Assembly: GCF_000406145.1 (NCBI RefSeq)
Contig: NZ_CM001976.1
Location: 3,131,337 to 3,163,336 of the forward strand
Origin: Dickeya dadantii NCPPB 898
GTDB taxonomy: Bacteria; Pseudomonadota; Gammaproteobacteria; Enterobacterales; Enterobacteriaceae
Reading direction: 5' to 3'
DNA length: 32,000 bases
Shown: positions 16,184-25,067 of the stretch, piece after piece
How positions within the stretch are numbered: the stretch's first letter is position 1
Layout: the number at the start of each line of letters is the position of its first letter
The notes under the pieces: generated by a model
Told to the model about the DNA's origin: nothing
Database searches by the model: none
Seen by the model: the letters and a program-made list of their open reading frames with translations, nothing else
Translations under genes and position numbers: made by a program

Positions 16184-16232
16184 CGCCGATAAACTTACCG
16201 CCGATAAACTTACCGCCGATAAATTTACCGGC
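16184..16232. repeat. 15-bp tandem repeat CGCCGATAAA(C/T)TTAC x3 plus a partial unit, overlapping the MCP stop codon
   Basis: Units at 16184-16198, 16199-16213 and 16214-16228, with partial CGGC at 16229-16232. The first unit completes the palindrome TTTATCG-C-CGATAAA. Confidence 0.9.
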
Positions 16233-17826
16233 TATAGCTCAGTAACAGTTCGTGCCCGGCAACCCCGCTGTCCGGCCGTACGCCTGGCGCTTTACCCGAG
16301 AGCCGGAACACGCCGACCGCCTGCACCAGTTCCTCCGCCTGACCATTCAGGCTGCCCGCGGCGGCGGCCATTTCCTCCACCAGCGCCGCATTTTGCTGAG
16401 TAGTGCGCTCCATGCTCACCACCGCTTCCCCCACCTGCGACACCCCGCTGCTTTGTTCGCTGCTGGCAGAACTGATTTCGCCCATGATGTCGGTCACGCG
16501 GCGAATACTATCGACCACGTCCTGCATGGTGTGGCCCGCATTATCCGCCAGCGCGCTGCCGCTCTCGATCCGCTCCACGCTGGCGGAGATCAGCGTTTTG
16601 ATCTCACGGGCCGACTCCGCGCTGCGCTGCGCCAGTGCACGCACCTCGCCCGCCACCACGGAAAAACCGCGCCCCTGCTCACCGGCGCGCGCGGCTTCCA
16701 CAGCGGCATTCAGCGCCAGAATATTGGTCTGGAAGGCGATACCGTCAATCACGCCGATGATATCGGCAATGCGCTGGGCGCTGTCGTTGATTTCCCGCAT
16801 GGTGTCCACCACCTGCGTCACCACCTCGCCGCCCTGCTCCGCTACCTGGCTGGCGGTCTGGGCCAGTTGGTTGGCCTGCAGGGCGTTGTCGGCGTTCTGT
16901 TTCACCGTGGCGGAAAGTTGCTCCATCGAGGCGGCGGTCTGTTCCAGCGCGCTGGCCTGGGATTCAGTACGCGCGGACAGGTCATGGTTGCCGTGCGCGA
17001 TTTCGCCGCTGGCTACCCCCACCGACTCGGCGCCATGCCGCACCTGCGTGACGATACGAATCAGGCTCGACTGCATGTGCGACAGCGCGTTGAGCACGGT
17101 GGCGATCTCATCACGCCCGCTGGCGTTGATAGGATAGGTCAGATCGCCGTCCGCCACCGCTTCGGCCGCAGCCTGCGCCTGCGCCAGACTGCGGACAATG
17201 CTACGCACCATCAGCCAGCCAAATAGCGCTGCACCGGCAATCCCCGCCAACACCGCCACAATCGCCAGCGCTTTCAGCCACTGGTAACGTTGCACCGAAC
17301 CGGTGTATTCATCTTTAGCCACGTTAACCTGCAACGTCACCAGTTGGCTGAGCAGCGCGTGGCCCTGTTTTTCCAGCGAGCTGACTTTATCATCATAAAG
17401 ACGTATCGCCTGTTCCATCCGTCCGGCCCGGATCGCCGCATCGGTCGGCTGCACGCCTTCGCGATCATAGCGCTGCAGATTGTCGGCAAACTGGTCCGCC
17501 AATCGCGCCTCTTCCGGCGTCAGATAAGTGGCGCGATACTCGCCCCAAACCCGGACAATCCGGTTCAGGTTCTGGTTCAATTCTTCAACCCGCTGCTGCT
17601 TATTCGCCGCCTCCGGTAGCAGCAGCATGTCCATAATCAATACCCGGTTGCGCTGCACCAGCCATTCCAACTGCTCCAGTTGCGCCAGCACCACGGTACG
17701 GTCTTCATACACCGTCTTGAGCGACTGATTGGCCTTCTCGGCGGTAAACATGCCGATAGCCCCCATAATCAGAATGCCCAACGACAGCATCCCGGTGAAA
17801 CTCCATAATCGTGTCGAAATCTTCAT
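16225..17826 (-). CDS. Methyl-accepting chemotaxis protein (4-helix-bundle periplasmic sensor, HAMP, MCP signalling domain)
   Basis: 533 aa with two TM segments flanking a ~165-aa periplasmic domain. HAMP region, then the highly conserved hairpin [41 protein letters not shown]. No C-terminal NWETF pentapeptide. Confidence 0.93.
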   Translation of the reverse strand: MKISTRLWSFTGMLSLGILIMGAIGMFTAEKANQSLKTVYEDRTVVLAQLEQLEWLVQRNRVLIMDMLLLPEAANKQQRVEELNQNLNRIVRVWGEYRATYLTPEEARLADQFADNLQRYDREGVQPTDAAIRAGRMEQAIRLYDDKVSSLEKQGHALLSQLVTLQVNVAKDEYTGSVQRYQWLKALAIVAVLAGIAGAALFGWLMVRSIVRSLAQAQAAAEAVADGDLTYPINASGRDEIATVLNALSHMQSSLIRIVTQVRHGAESVGVASGEIAHGNHDLSARTESQASALEQTAASMEQLSATVKQNADNALQANQLAQTASQVAEQGGEVVTQVVDTMREINDSAQRIADIIGVIDGIAFQTNILALNAAVEAARAGEQGRGFSVVAGEVRALAQRSAESAREIKTLISASVERIESGSALADNAGHTMQDVVDSIRRVTDIMGEISSASSEQSSGVSQVGEAVVSMERTTQQNAALVEEMAAAAGSLNGQAEELVQAVGVFRLSGKAPGVRPDSGVAGHELLLSYSR

Positions 17827-18202
17827 TGCTGCAAATCCTGTTCTGTGTGGTGTCGTCTGTTGTTATGTCATGTCTGAAAATGTTATGTCGTGCCTGAATC
17901 ATGGCCGTACCGGGCGTGATAATCTGCTGCGGCATAGACTCCCAACCGGAGGAAAACTATATAGAAACGCGAGGTAAGACAGAAGGTTACCGATTTTTCC
18001 GTCAAGCAGACAAAATAGAATGAAATAGAGTTTCATAAGAAGAAACAGGTGGTTTAAGGTCATATTCAACCTGCGAAACGTTACTGACGTCTCCATTCGC
18101 AGCCGTTTATAAAAATGTGCCGAAAACTATTTTTTATATTGTCAGTCGATTGAAAAGAAATTCTTATGATTGAAGTATATTCCTGTCAGGAGAAAGCGTG
18201 TG

Positions 18203-19219
18203 ATGTCCCATGAGCTGTTGCTGCCCCCGCCGTTGCGCCCAGGCGATACCATCGGTTTTTTCTCGCCGTCCTCGCCCGCAACGCACGTTGCCCCGGCGCG
18301 TTTTGAACGGGCAAAAGCCTTTCTTGAACAGCGCGGTTACCGGTTGCACGCCGGCGCGCTGACCGGTAAAACCGACCACTACCGGTCCGGCAGCATCGCC
18401 GCGCGCGTTGACGAACTGAACACGCTGATCCGCGACCCTGCGGTACGCTGCATTATGTCGACCATTGGCGGCAGCAACAGCAACTCGCTGTTGCCGTATC
18501 TCGATTACGACGCCCTGCGCCGCGATCCGAAAATCATCATCGGCTATTCCGACGTCACCGCGCTGCTGCTGGGTATTTACCGCCGCATCGGACTGGTGAC
18601 CTTTTACGGCCCGGCGCTGGTGGCGTCGTTCGGCGAATTCCCGCCTCTGGTGGACGACACCTTCGCCGCTTTTGCCGAAATGACCAATGCGGCGCGGCAC
18701 GGCCATGTCTATCATATGCCGCTGGGCTGGACCGACGAACGGCTGGACTGGAATCAGCAGTCGCGCGCCAAAATCACCCATCCGAACCGGTGGCGCTTCG
18801 ACGGCGGCGGCGTTTATCAGGGACGGCTTATCGGCGGCAACCTCAATACCATGGCGGGGATCTGGGGCAGTCCGTTTATGCCGGTGATTGAAGACGGCGA
18901 TATTCTGCTGCTGGAAGACTCGCTGAAGGACATCGCCACCGTGGAGCGCGCATTCGCCCACCTGAAGCTCTGCGGCGTGTTTGACCGGGTCGCGGCGGTG
19001 ATTCTGGGCAAGCACGAACAGTTCGATGATAAAGGCACCGGCCGTGATTCACTGACCGTGCTGCGCGAAGTGCTTAACGGGCAGCCGCTGCCGGTGCTGG
19101 CGGATTTTGATTGCTGCCATACTCACCCGATGCTGACCCTGCCGCTCGGCGTGCGTATTACGGTCGATTTTGACGCCGGCCGCGTCGCATTAAACGATCC
19201 CTGGCTGCGTCAGCCCTGA
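18203..19219 (+). CDS. S66-family serine peptidase (LD-carboxypeptidase superfamily), MccF-like by length
   Basis: 338 aa from MSHELLLPPPLRPGDTIGFFSPSSP. Contains IGGSNSNSLLPYLDY and the nucleophile motif IIGYSDVTALL. It is longer than LdcA (~300 aa), like MccF. Confidence 0.82.
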   Translation: MSHELLLPPPLRPGDTIGFFSPSSPATHVAPARFERAKAFLEQRGYRLHAGALTGKTDHYRSGSIAARVDELNTLIRDPAVRCIMSTIGGSNSNSLLPYLDYDALRRDPKIIIGYSDVTALLLGIYRRIGLVTFYGPALVASFGEFPPLVDDTFAAFAEMTNAARHGHVYHMPLGWTDERLDWNQQSRAKITHPNRWRFDGGGVYQGRLIGGNLNTMAGIWGSPFMPVIEDGDILLLEDSLKDIATVERAFAHLKLCGVFDRVAAVILGKHEQFDDKGTGRDSLTVLREVLNGQPLPVLADFDCCHTHPMLTLPLGVRITVDFDAGRVALNDPWLRQP

Positions 19220-20112
19220 CCGGGCGGCAGGCAATCAGTGAAGCTGGCGAGAAAATCCGTCAGCCATTCCGCCTGCGCACGTCCATCCAACCCAGGCCGG
19301 TGCGCCAGATAATAGGCCGCGCCGGTTTTTACCGTTTCGGTAAACGGCATCACCAGCCGCTGCCGCCGGATATCCTCCGCCACCAGCGTCACATCCGCCA
19401 TCGCGACGCCAAATCCCTGAATGGCGGCACTGATAGCCAGATCCATGGTGTCGAACTGTTGATTACGGCGCATCACCTGCTCGCCGATGCCGTGGGTTTT
19501 CAGCCACAACTTCCAGTCACGCTGGTCATGCGTTGGATGCAACAGCGTCAGACGCGCCAGTTGTTCCGGCGACAGCGCCGCTTGCCCGGCAGGCAGCAGA
19601 TGCGGCGCCAGCACCGGCGACAGTACCTCGTCGAACAATTTGCCGTCATGGTGGCGCGGCGCAGCATCCGGCGCGAACACTACCGCCACATCAAAATCTT
19701 CGTGACGAAAATCGACGCCGTGTTCGGTGGTGGTGGTCAGCGCGACATGAATATCCGGCCGCCGCTGCTCCAGCGTCATCAGTTGCGCCACCAGCCAGCG
19801 CATGGCGCAGGTCGGCGCCTTCATCCGAATGGAACGCCCTTCGCGCACCCGGTTCGTCACCCGAAATAGTTGATCAAACACCTCGCGAATCTCCGGCAAC
19901 AGCTGACTACCCTGCGGCGTCAACCGTAAACCACGGGCATGGCGCTGAAACAACGCGAAGCCCAGCCAGGCTTCCAGCGACGCGATTTGCCGGCTTACCG
20001 CCCCCTGCGTGACGAACAGTTCCTCCGCCGCCCGGGTGAAATTGAGATGACGGGCGGTCACCACAAAAGCGTGCAGCGCATTCAGCGGCGGGATACGGTT
20101 ATTGATGGTCAT
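19210..20112 (-). CDS. LysR-family transcriptional regulator (GcvA-like subgroup)
   Basis: N-terminal IPPLNALHAFVVTARHLNFTRAAEELFVTQGAVSRQIASLEAWLGFALFQR is nearly collinear with the GcvA HTH. 300 aa. Confidence 0.9.
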   Translation of the reverse strand: MTINNRIPPLNALHAFVVTARHLNFTRAAEELFVTQGAVSRQIASLEAWLGFALFQRHARGLRLTPQGSQLLPEIREVFDQLFRVTNRVREGRSIRMKAPTCAMRWLVAQLMTLEQRRPDIHVALTTTTEHGVDFRHEDFDVAVVFAPDAAPRHHDGKLFDEVLSPVLAPHLLPAGQAALSPEQLARLTLLHPTHDQRDWKLWLKTHGIGEQVMRRNQQFDTMDLAISAAIQGFGVAMADVTLVAEDIRRQRLVMPFTETVKTGAAYYLAHRPGLDGRAQAEWLTDFLASFTDCLPPGQG

Positions 20113-20358
20113 GCGCGCTCTCCGTCAGGCGGCCATAAGAAAATTGATTACATAACTATGCAAAAAACGCGGCGTAGAGCTTAGCACTGTTTCCCGATGC
20201 AAGCGGCATCGTCCGCCCCGATTTCGCGGTAGGCGACGCTGACCATCGCCATATCTTATTGCTCGCAGACAATAAAAACCGCACTGAGCCATGCGTTTTT
20301 CTCATGGCTATTATGACAACAATTCGATTGTAGTACCACCGATGGCAACGTCTAATGC

Positions 20359-20374
20359 ATGAATAGTTATTCAT
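20359..20374. promoter_or_regulatory. Perfect 7-2-7 palindrome ATGAATA-GT-TATTCAT ~90 nt upstream of ybdL; candidate operator
   Basis: Read directly from the sequence. Lies in the 353-bp divergent LysR/ybdL intergenic region. Confidence 0.3.
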
Positions 20375-20465
20375 CTATAGCCAATAAATTTCAGCAGACA
20401 GGGCATCACCCTGTTACCGTTCGCCAGTGAAGCGAGCCTGCTGCGGCACTCAACGGAGACCCCTC

Positions 20466-21641
20466 ATGCCGATTCAAACCCCGGTGCAGTTCAGTTCTAA
20501 ATTACCGGATGTGGGCACGACTATTTTTACCGTTATCGGCCAGCTATCCAGCCAGCACAACGCCATCAACCTGTCTCAGGGTGCGCCCAGCTTTCCCTGC
20601 TCGCCCGAGCTGATCGCCGGAGTGACGCGCGCCATGACCGAGGGTCATAACCAGTACGCGTCGATGTCCGGGCTGGTGTCGCTCAAAGAGGTGGTGGCGG
20701 AGAAAGTCAAACGCCTGTACGGCCAGCACTACGACGCCGGGCGGGAAGTCACCATCACCGCCAGCGCCAGTGAAGGGCTGTATTCCGCTATTTCCGCGCT
20801 GGTGCATCCGGGCGACGAGGTTATCTATTTCGAGCCGTCGTTCGACAGCTATGCGCCCATCGTCCGGCTGCAGGGCGCAACGCCGGTGGCGCTGAAACTC
20901 GCGGTGCCGAGTTTTGCCATCAACTGGGACGAGGTGCAGGCGGCCATCACCCCGCGCACCCGCATGATTATCATCAATTCGCCGCACAACCCGAGCGGCC
21001 AGGTGCTGAGCGCCGACGATCTGGCGCAGTTGGCGCGCCTGACGCGCAACACCGACATCGTGATCCTGTCTGACGAGGTCTACGAACACGTGGTGTTCGA
21101 CGGTCAGCGTCATCACAGCATGGCAACCCACAGCGAACTGGCGGCGCGCAGCGTCATCGTTTCGTCGTTCGGTAAAACCTTCCATGTCACCGGCTGGCGC
21201 GTCGGTTACTGTCTGGCCCCGGCGGCGCTGATGGATGAGATCCTCAAAATCCACCAGTTTATGATGTTCTCCGCCGACACGCCGATGCAGTATGCCTTTG
21301 CCGAGTACATGGCGGACCCGGCGACCTACCTGTCGCTCGGCCAGTTCTATCAGCACAAACGCGACCTGCTGGCGAGCGCCCTACAGGACGGACCGTTTGA
21401 AATGTTGCCCTCCGCCGGTTCGTTCTTCATGCTGGCGAGCTTTGCGCACTTCAGTGATGAAAGTGACAGCGACATGGTCAAACGACTGATTATCGACCAC
21501 GGCGTGGCGACCATTCCGCTCTCGGCGTTTTACACCGACGGCACCGACAATAAACTGATTCGGCTGTCGTTTTCCAAAGATGACGCAACGCTGCTGGCCG
21601 GTGCGAAAGCCCTGTGTCAGGCCGCGGAGCGCCGACGCTAA
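20466..21641 (+). CDS. ybdL: Methionine aminotransferase (PLP-dependent, class I), YbdL-like
   Basis: Collinear with E. coli YbdL as I recall it: SKLP..GTTIFT, INLSQG.P.F, NQYA.M.G, SYDSYAP, NTPHNPS/NSPHNPS, SDEVYEH, SSFGKT(F/Y)H.TGW(R/K)VGYC.AP, KLIRL.F.K. GGAG RBS lies before ATG 20466. Confidence 0.88.
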   Translation: MPIQTPVQFSSKLPDVGTTIFTVIGQLSSQHNAINLSQGAPSFPCSPELIAGVTRAMTEGHNQYASMSGLVSLKEVVAEKVKRLYGQHYDAGREVTITASASEGLYSAISALVHPGDEVIYFEPSFDSYAPIVRLQGATPVALKLAVPSFAINWDEVQAAITPRTRMIIINSPHNPSGQVLSADDLAQLARLTRNTDIVILSDEVYEHVVFDGQRHHSMATHSELAARSVIVSSFGKTFHVTGWRVGYCLAPAALMDEILKIHQFMMFSADTPMQYAFAEYMADPATYLSLGQFYQHKRDLLASALQDGPFEMLPSAGSFFMLASFAHFSDESDSDMVKRLIIDHGVATIPLSAFYTDGTDNKLIRLSFSKDDATLLAGAKALCQAAERRR

Positions 21642-21759
21642 CCGGCTGCCGTATGCCGATCAATGCGGTGGCGCTCGATTTGTGTTTGATGGCTGTTTCT
21701 GTGTGATGTTGATTGCAGTTTAAAGACTACTCATTGATTTACCGGAGATCGTTCCCGAT

Positions 21760-22536
21760 ATGAAAAAATTAAGCATGTTGATGTTGTCGCTGGGTTTACT
21801 GTCCTCCTCCGTCGCGCTGGCGCAGACCGAGCTGCGTTTTGGGCTGGAAGCGGAATACCCGCCGTTTGAAAGCAAAAACGCCAAGGGCCAGTTGGAAGGG
21901 TTCGATATCGATCTGGGCAATGCCATCTGTAAGGCAGGTAATTTCAAATGCACCTGGACCGAAACCTCGTTTGACGCGCTGATTCCGGCGCTGCAGGCCA
22001 AAAAGTTCGACGCCATCAACTCCGCGATGAACATCACCGAAAAACGTAAGGAAGCGATCGACTTTACCACGCCTATCTACCGCATTCCGACCCAACTGGT
22101 CGGCAAACCGGACAGCGGTCTGGCGCCGACGCCGGAAGCGCTGAAAGGCAAGAACATCGGCGTATTGCAGGGGTCGATTCAGGAAGTGTACGCCAAAGCG
22201 CATTGGGAGCCGAAAGGCGTTACCGTGACCTCTTACAAAGACCAGAACCTGGCGTATGACGACCTGGCGGCAGGCCGTCTGGACGGTACTCTGGTGATGG
22301 CGGCGGCCGGTCAGTCCGGCTTCCTCGACAAACCGGAAGGCAAAGGTTTCGCTTTTATCGGCGGGCCGGTGGAAGACACCGCGATTCTGGGCAGCGGCAT
22401 CGGCTTTGGTCTGCGTAAAAGCGACGCCGCGCTGAAAGCCGAACTGGACAAAGCCATCAAACAGGTGAAAGACGACGGCACCGTCGAGAAACTGGCGAAG
22501 CAATACTTCCCCGGCTTCGACGTGCGGGTGCAATAA
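21760..22536 (+). CDS. Periplasmic basic amino-acid ABC-transporter substrate-binding protein (ArtJ/HisJ family), orphan (no permease or ATPase adjacent)
   Basis: 258 aa with a signal peptide ending ALA-QTE. YPPFES, GFDIDLGNAICK and FDALIPALQAKKFDAINSAMNIT.(K/E)R match the family-3 SBP pattern. Confidence 0.88.
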   Translation: MKKLSMLMLSLGLLSSSVALAQTELRFGLEAEYPPFESKNAKGQLEGFDIDLGNAICKAGNFKCTWTETSFDALIPALQAKKFDAINSAMNITEKRKEAIDFTTPIYRIPTQLVGKPDSGLAPTPEALKGKNIGVLQGSIQEVYAKAHWEPKGVTVTSYKDQNLAYDDLAAGRLDGTLVMAAAGQSGFLDKPEGKGFAFIGGPVEDTAILGSGIGFGLRKSDAALKAELDKAIKQVKDDGTVEKLAKQYFPGFDVRVQ

Positions 22537-22585
22537 ACCGCCGCTTGCCGCCGTTTCACATCCTGAACGACGGTTATGAAATCAT

Positions 22586-22619
22586 AAGGCCCGCATCAGA
22601 CGATGTGGGCCTTGTTTTT
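22586..22619. terminator. Hairpin terminator between convergent genes (T-run on the + side)
   Basis: AAGGCCCGCAT-cagacg-ATGTGGGCCTT (one G-U pair) followed by GTTTTT. Confidence 0.75.
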
Positions 22620-22649
22620 GGCACATGCGGTTAGCCGGGAAAACGTCTG

Positions 22650-23801
22650 TTACGGCAACGGTAAATCCTTCAACCGACCGGGGTGTTGTTTGACGATGTC
22701 CCAGGGTATGACGGGCCAGGACTCGCCGGCACAGGGTTGCTGTGCATCTGAAAACGAAGGGGAAAACAGAATGCCTTTCGGCGTCAAAATCCAGTTATTA
22801 TCGTAACCATTCCAGATATCCTGATTGCTGTAATCGCAGTCGTCGCTATTCACCGGAGTACGCATCTGTTCCGGATAATACTGTGTCAGTTGCGTCACCA
22901 GCCAGGCCGGAAGAATTGTATTGTTATACTCACCTTTCTCAATCGTCGAGTTGTCCGGCACCGGGCCATCCCCCACCCACAGCACATCGCTCAGCACCAA
23001 TGGGTGTCCGTCGCTAACGCGTAACCTGATGGGCCAGTTGCCTGAACTGTGGCCTCCGTCGCATATGCTGCTTCGCAGATCCGAGACGCTCAGCACGGAT
23101 GGTGACAGCAACTGAATGTCAACTACCGACATCGCCTCACCCTGATACTGGCTCACCATCATGCAATCATGATAACCAATGACGTTTTGCCATAATAACG
23201 TTTGCAGCGCCGCGTTGAGCCGGCCGCGCTGCGCATCGCTGTAGCCGGATGCAATCTGGAACGTTGTCATACCGGACACCGGCTCCTGCCACCATTCAAT
23301 TTCATGCCCGTTGACCGTCTCTTTTTTCGTCATCGCCAGTACGGTCTGTGCCTGACGCAAATATTCATATGGCGATAATTGATACAACGTCTGCATAAAA
23401 GGCGACAACGCCGCAGGCAAGGCCGCGGGCGACAACGTAACCGGGTAGGTTTTTCCCTTACCGCTGCGCCACTCGCCCTGCCAGTTTTTCTGGTTATCGG
23501 TACGCAGCGTCATCACCGGTTTGCCCGTTTGCGCCTGCTCATCCCACTGCGGTTTACCTTCCCGTAGCACCAGCACGCCCGTTTTGTCCCATTTGCCGCT
23601 CAACGGCAAATCTTTGCGATACTGGCTATAAAAATAGCGTCCCTCCACGCCGTTATCAGAGAACGTCAAGGTCATGACGATACCGGCATTGCCAAGTTTG
23701 CCCTGATACACCGCCACCTCATCCGCCATCGCACAGGTTGTCAGCAACATCAATCCCAGCACACACCCCAAGCGCCTGATATTCTTTATCAACTCGTTCA
23801 T
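22650..23801 (-). CDS. Array paralog P1: secreted two-domain protein, DUF4163/DUF3298 (RsiV-like)-like C-terminal half
   Basis: 383 aa from MNELIKNIRRLGCVLGLMLLTTCAMA-DE (Sec signal). The track's 431-aa version overlaps P2 and has no signal peptide, so I rejected it. Motifs: GRYFY..K.LPLSG, WQGEWR, SPFMQTLYQLSPYEYL, EWWQEP..FQIASGY..LNAAL, CDGGH, LRVSD..LSDVLWV, YPEQ, CDY, PWDIVKQHPGRLKDLPLP. Confidence 0.8.
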   Translation of the reverse strand: MNELIKNIRRLGCVLGLMLLTTCAMADEVAVYQGKLGNAGIVMTLTFSDNGVEGRYFYSQYRKDLPLSGKWDKTGVLVLREGKPQWDEQAQTGKPVMTLRTDNQKNWQGEWRSGKGKTYPVTLSPAALPAALSPFMQTLYQLSPYEYLRQAQTVLAMTKKETVNGHEIEWWQEPVSGMTTFQIASGYSDAQRGRLNAALQTLLWQNVIGYHDCMMVSQYQGEAMSVVDIQLLSPSVLSVSDLRSSICDGGHSSGNWPIRLRVSDGHPLVLSDVLWVGDGPVPDNSTIEKGEYNNTILPAWLVTQLTQYYPEQMRTPVNSDDCDYSNQDIWNGYDNNWILTPKGILFSPSFSDAQQPCAGESWPVIPWDIVKQHPGRLKDLPLP

Positions 23802-23823
23802 ATTCCGTATCCATTCAGCTATA

Positions 23824-23854
23824 GAAAAAGCGCTGCTATCGCCGTGATAGCTGC
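23824..23854 (-). terminator. Possible weak terminator between P2 and P1
   Basis: On the minus strand, GCAGCTATC-acggc-GATAGCAGC (one mismatch) is followed by GCTTTTT. Confidence 0.35.
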
Positions 23855-23860
23855 TTGCGG

Positions 23861-25009
23861 TTACGGCAACGGCAAATCCTTCAGCCGTCCGGGGTGTTGT
23901 TTGACGATGTCCCAGGGCAGGATTTCCCAACCGGAGCCTTTGCACTGCGAAGTCAGATTAGGGGTCATGGTCTGGAAATAGATACCTTTGGATGTCAGGC
24001 TCCAGGGGGCATTCGCCCACACCTCTGACGAACTGTAGTCACAGGCATCCTCGCTCTCGTCATCCGTCGCCGCGGTCTGTTCCGGATAGAGCCGGGCAAA
24101 CTGCGCGGCCAGCCATGTCGGCAAGGTTTCCTGCAAATAGTCATCAGGGATAGCGGAGGCATCCGGCACCGGCGATTCGTCTACCCACATCAAATCAGAC
24201 AGCGTCAGCTCGCTCGCGTCAGAGACACGCAAAATGTGGGGCGATACTTTCATATAACTGTGTGCGCCGCCACACTCTAGAACACTGGATATCACGTAGC
24301 TAATCATCTTCTCTGATAGCAGGCTAATCTTTACCGTATCGTCCGAGTGTTCGCACTGGACAACATCCAGCAACGAGCGCCAAAAACTCTTACGTAGCGC
24401 AGCGTTCAAGGCAGCGAGCTGTTCCGCCGGATAGCCAGAGGTTAACTGAAACATCGACAGTTTAGCGTTCGGTTCCTGCCACCATTCCACGTTATAACCG
24501 TTGACGACGCCTTGCTTGACCATCACCGGTTCAGCCGTTGCACGCAGCAGATAGTCATAAGGCGAGAGCTGGTAGAGCGACTGCATAAAGGGCGATAATC
24601 CGGTTGTCGCTATCGGTGCCACTGGCGACAGCTCAATGGCGAGTGGCTTATCTTGCCCCTGACGCCACTTACCCTGCCAGCCATTCTCGGTAGCGCGTAG
24701 CGTGATGACCGGGCTGCTCGCCGTTTTTTCCTCATCCTCAGTACCGTATTCACTGTCGCTATACGATGTGTACGATTCCCCATCCAGGGTGACGACGCCC
24801 TGCTTGCTGCGCTGACCGTTAATATAGTGAGTCACCCGCTCAGGCGTCACAAAATAGCGGCTCTTCACGCGCCCATCCAACTTAACATCCAGCTCTATCA
24901 CCACTGGCGTTGTTCCCAGCGTGCCGCCATATACCACCGGCGTTGCCTGCGCGTTTCCCGCCAGCAACCCCATCCCCAGAATCCCTGCCATAAAATGGAT
25001 GCTTTTCAT
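23861..25009 (-). CDS. Array paralog P2: secreted two-domain protein, DUF4163/DUF3298-like
   Basis: 382 aa with signal peptide ..LLAGNAQA-TP. Contains CGGAHS, LRVSD..LSDLMWV..PVPD, LYPEQ, CDY and LPWDIVKQHPGRLKDLPLP. Confidence 0.85.
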   Translation of the reverse strand: MKSIHFMAGILGMGLLAGNAQATPVVYGGTLGTTPVVIELDVKLDGRVKSRYFVTPERVTHYINGQRSKQGVVTLDGESYTSYSDSEYGTEDEEKTASSPVITLRATENGWQGKWRQGQDKPLAIELSPVAPIATTGLSPFMQSLYQLSPYDYLLRATAEPVMVKQGVVNGYNVEWWQEPNAKLSMFQLTSGYPAEQLAALNAALRKSFWRSLLDVVQCEHSDDTVKISLLSEKMISYVISSVLECGGAHSYMKVSPHILRVSDASELTLSDLMWVDESPVPDASAIPDDYLQETLPTWLAAQFARLYPEQTAATDDESEDACDYSSSEVWANAPWSLTSKGIYFQTMTPNLTSQCKGSGWEILPWDIVKQHPGRLKDLPLP

Positions 25010-25037
25010 GTAATGTACGATGTCTCTTTATGATCCG

Positions 25038-25061
25038 ATAAAAGCAGCACCGCGGTGCTGC
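25038..25061 (-). terminator. Rho-independent terminator after P3
   Basis: Minus strand GCAGCAC-cgcg-GTGCTGC followed by TTTTAT, 7 nt after the P3 stop. Confidence 0.6.
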
Positions 25062-25067
25062 ATAAGG

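Noticed and set aside
16184-16232. Possible CRISPR array
   Set aside because: The repeats are only 15 bp, directly abutting with no spacers, and there are no cas genes. It is a simple tandem repeat.
16252-17226. Long + strand ORFs (324 aa and 244 aa) inside the MCP gene
   Set aside because: They are antisense to a gene with unmistakable MCP motifs. Their Arg/Ala/Gly/His-rich composition is typical of spurious antisense frames in GC-rich DNA, and they have no RBS.
18164-20012. Antisense ORFs over the S66 peptidase and LysR genes (18164-19015, 19300-19869, 19533-20012 and smaller ones)
   Set aside because: The opposite strands carry clear family motifs. These are GC-rich shadow frames.
20544-22559. 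270-aa, 245-aa and smaller minus-strand ORFs over ybdL and the amino-acid binding protein gene
   Set aside because: They are shadow ORFs antisense to genes collinear with known E. coli proteins.
22650-23945. The 431-aa version of P1 in the ORF track (start 23945)
   Set aside because: The extra 48 codons overlap the 3' end of P2 and precede a canonical signal peptide. All paralogs begin with the signal peptide, so ATG 23801 is used.
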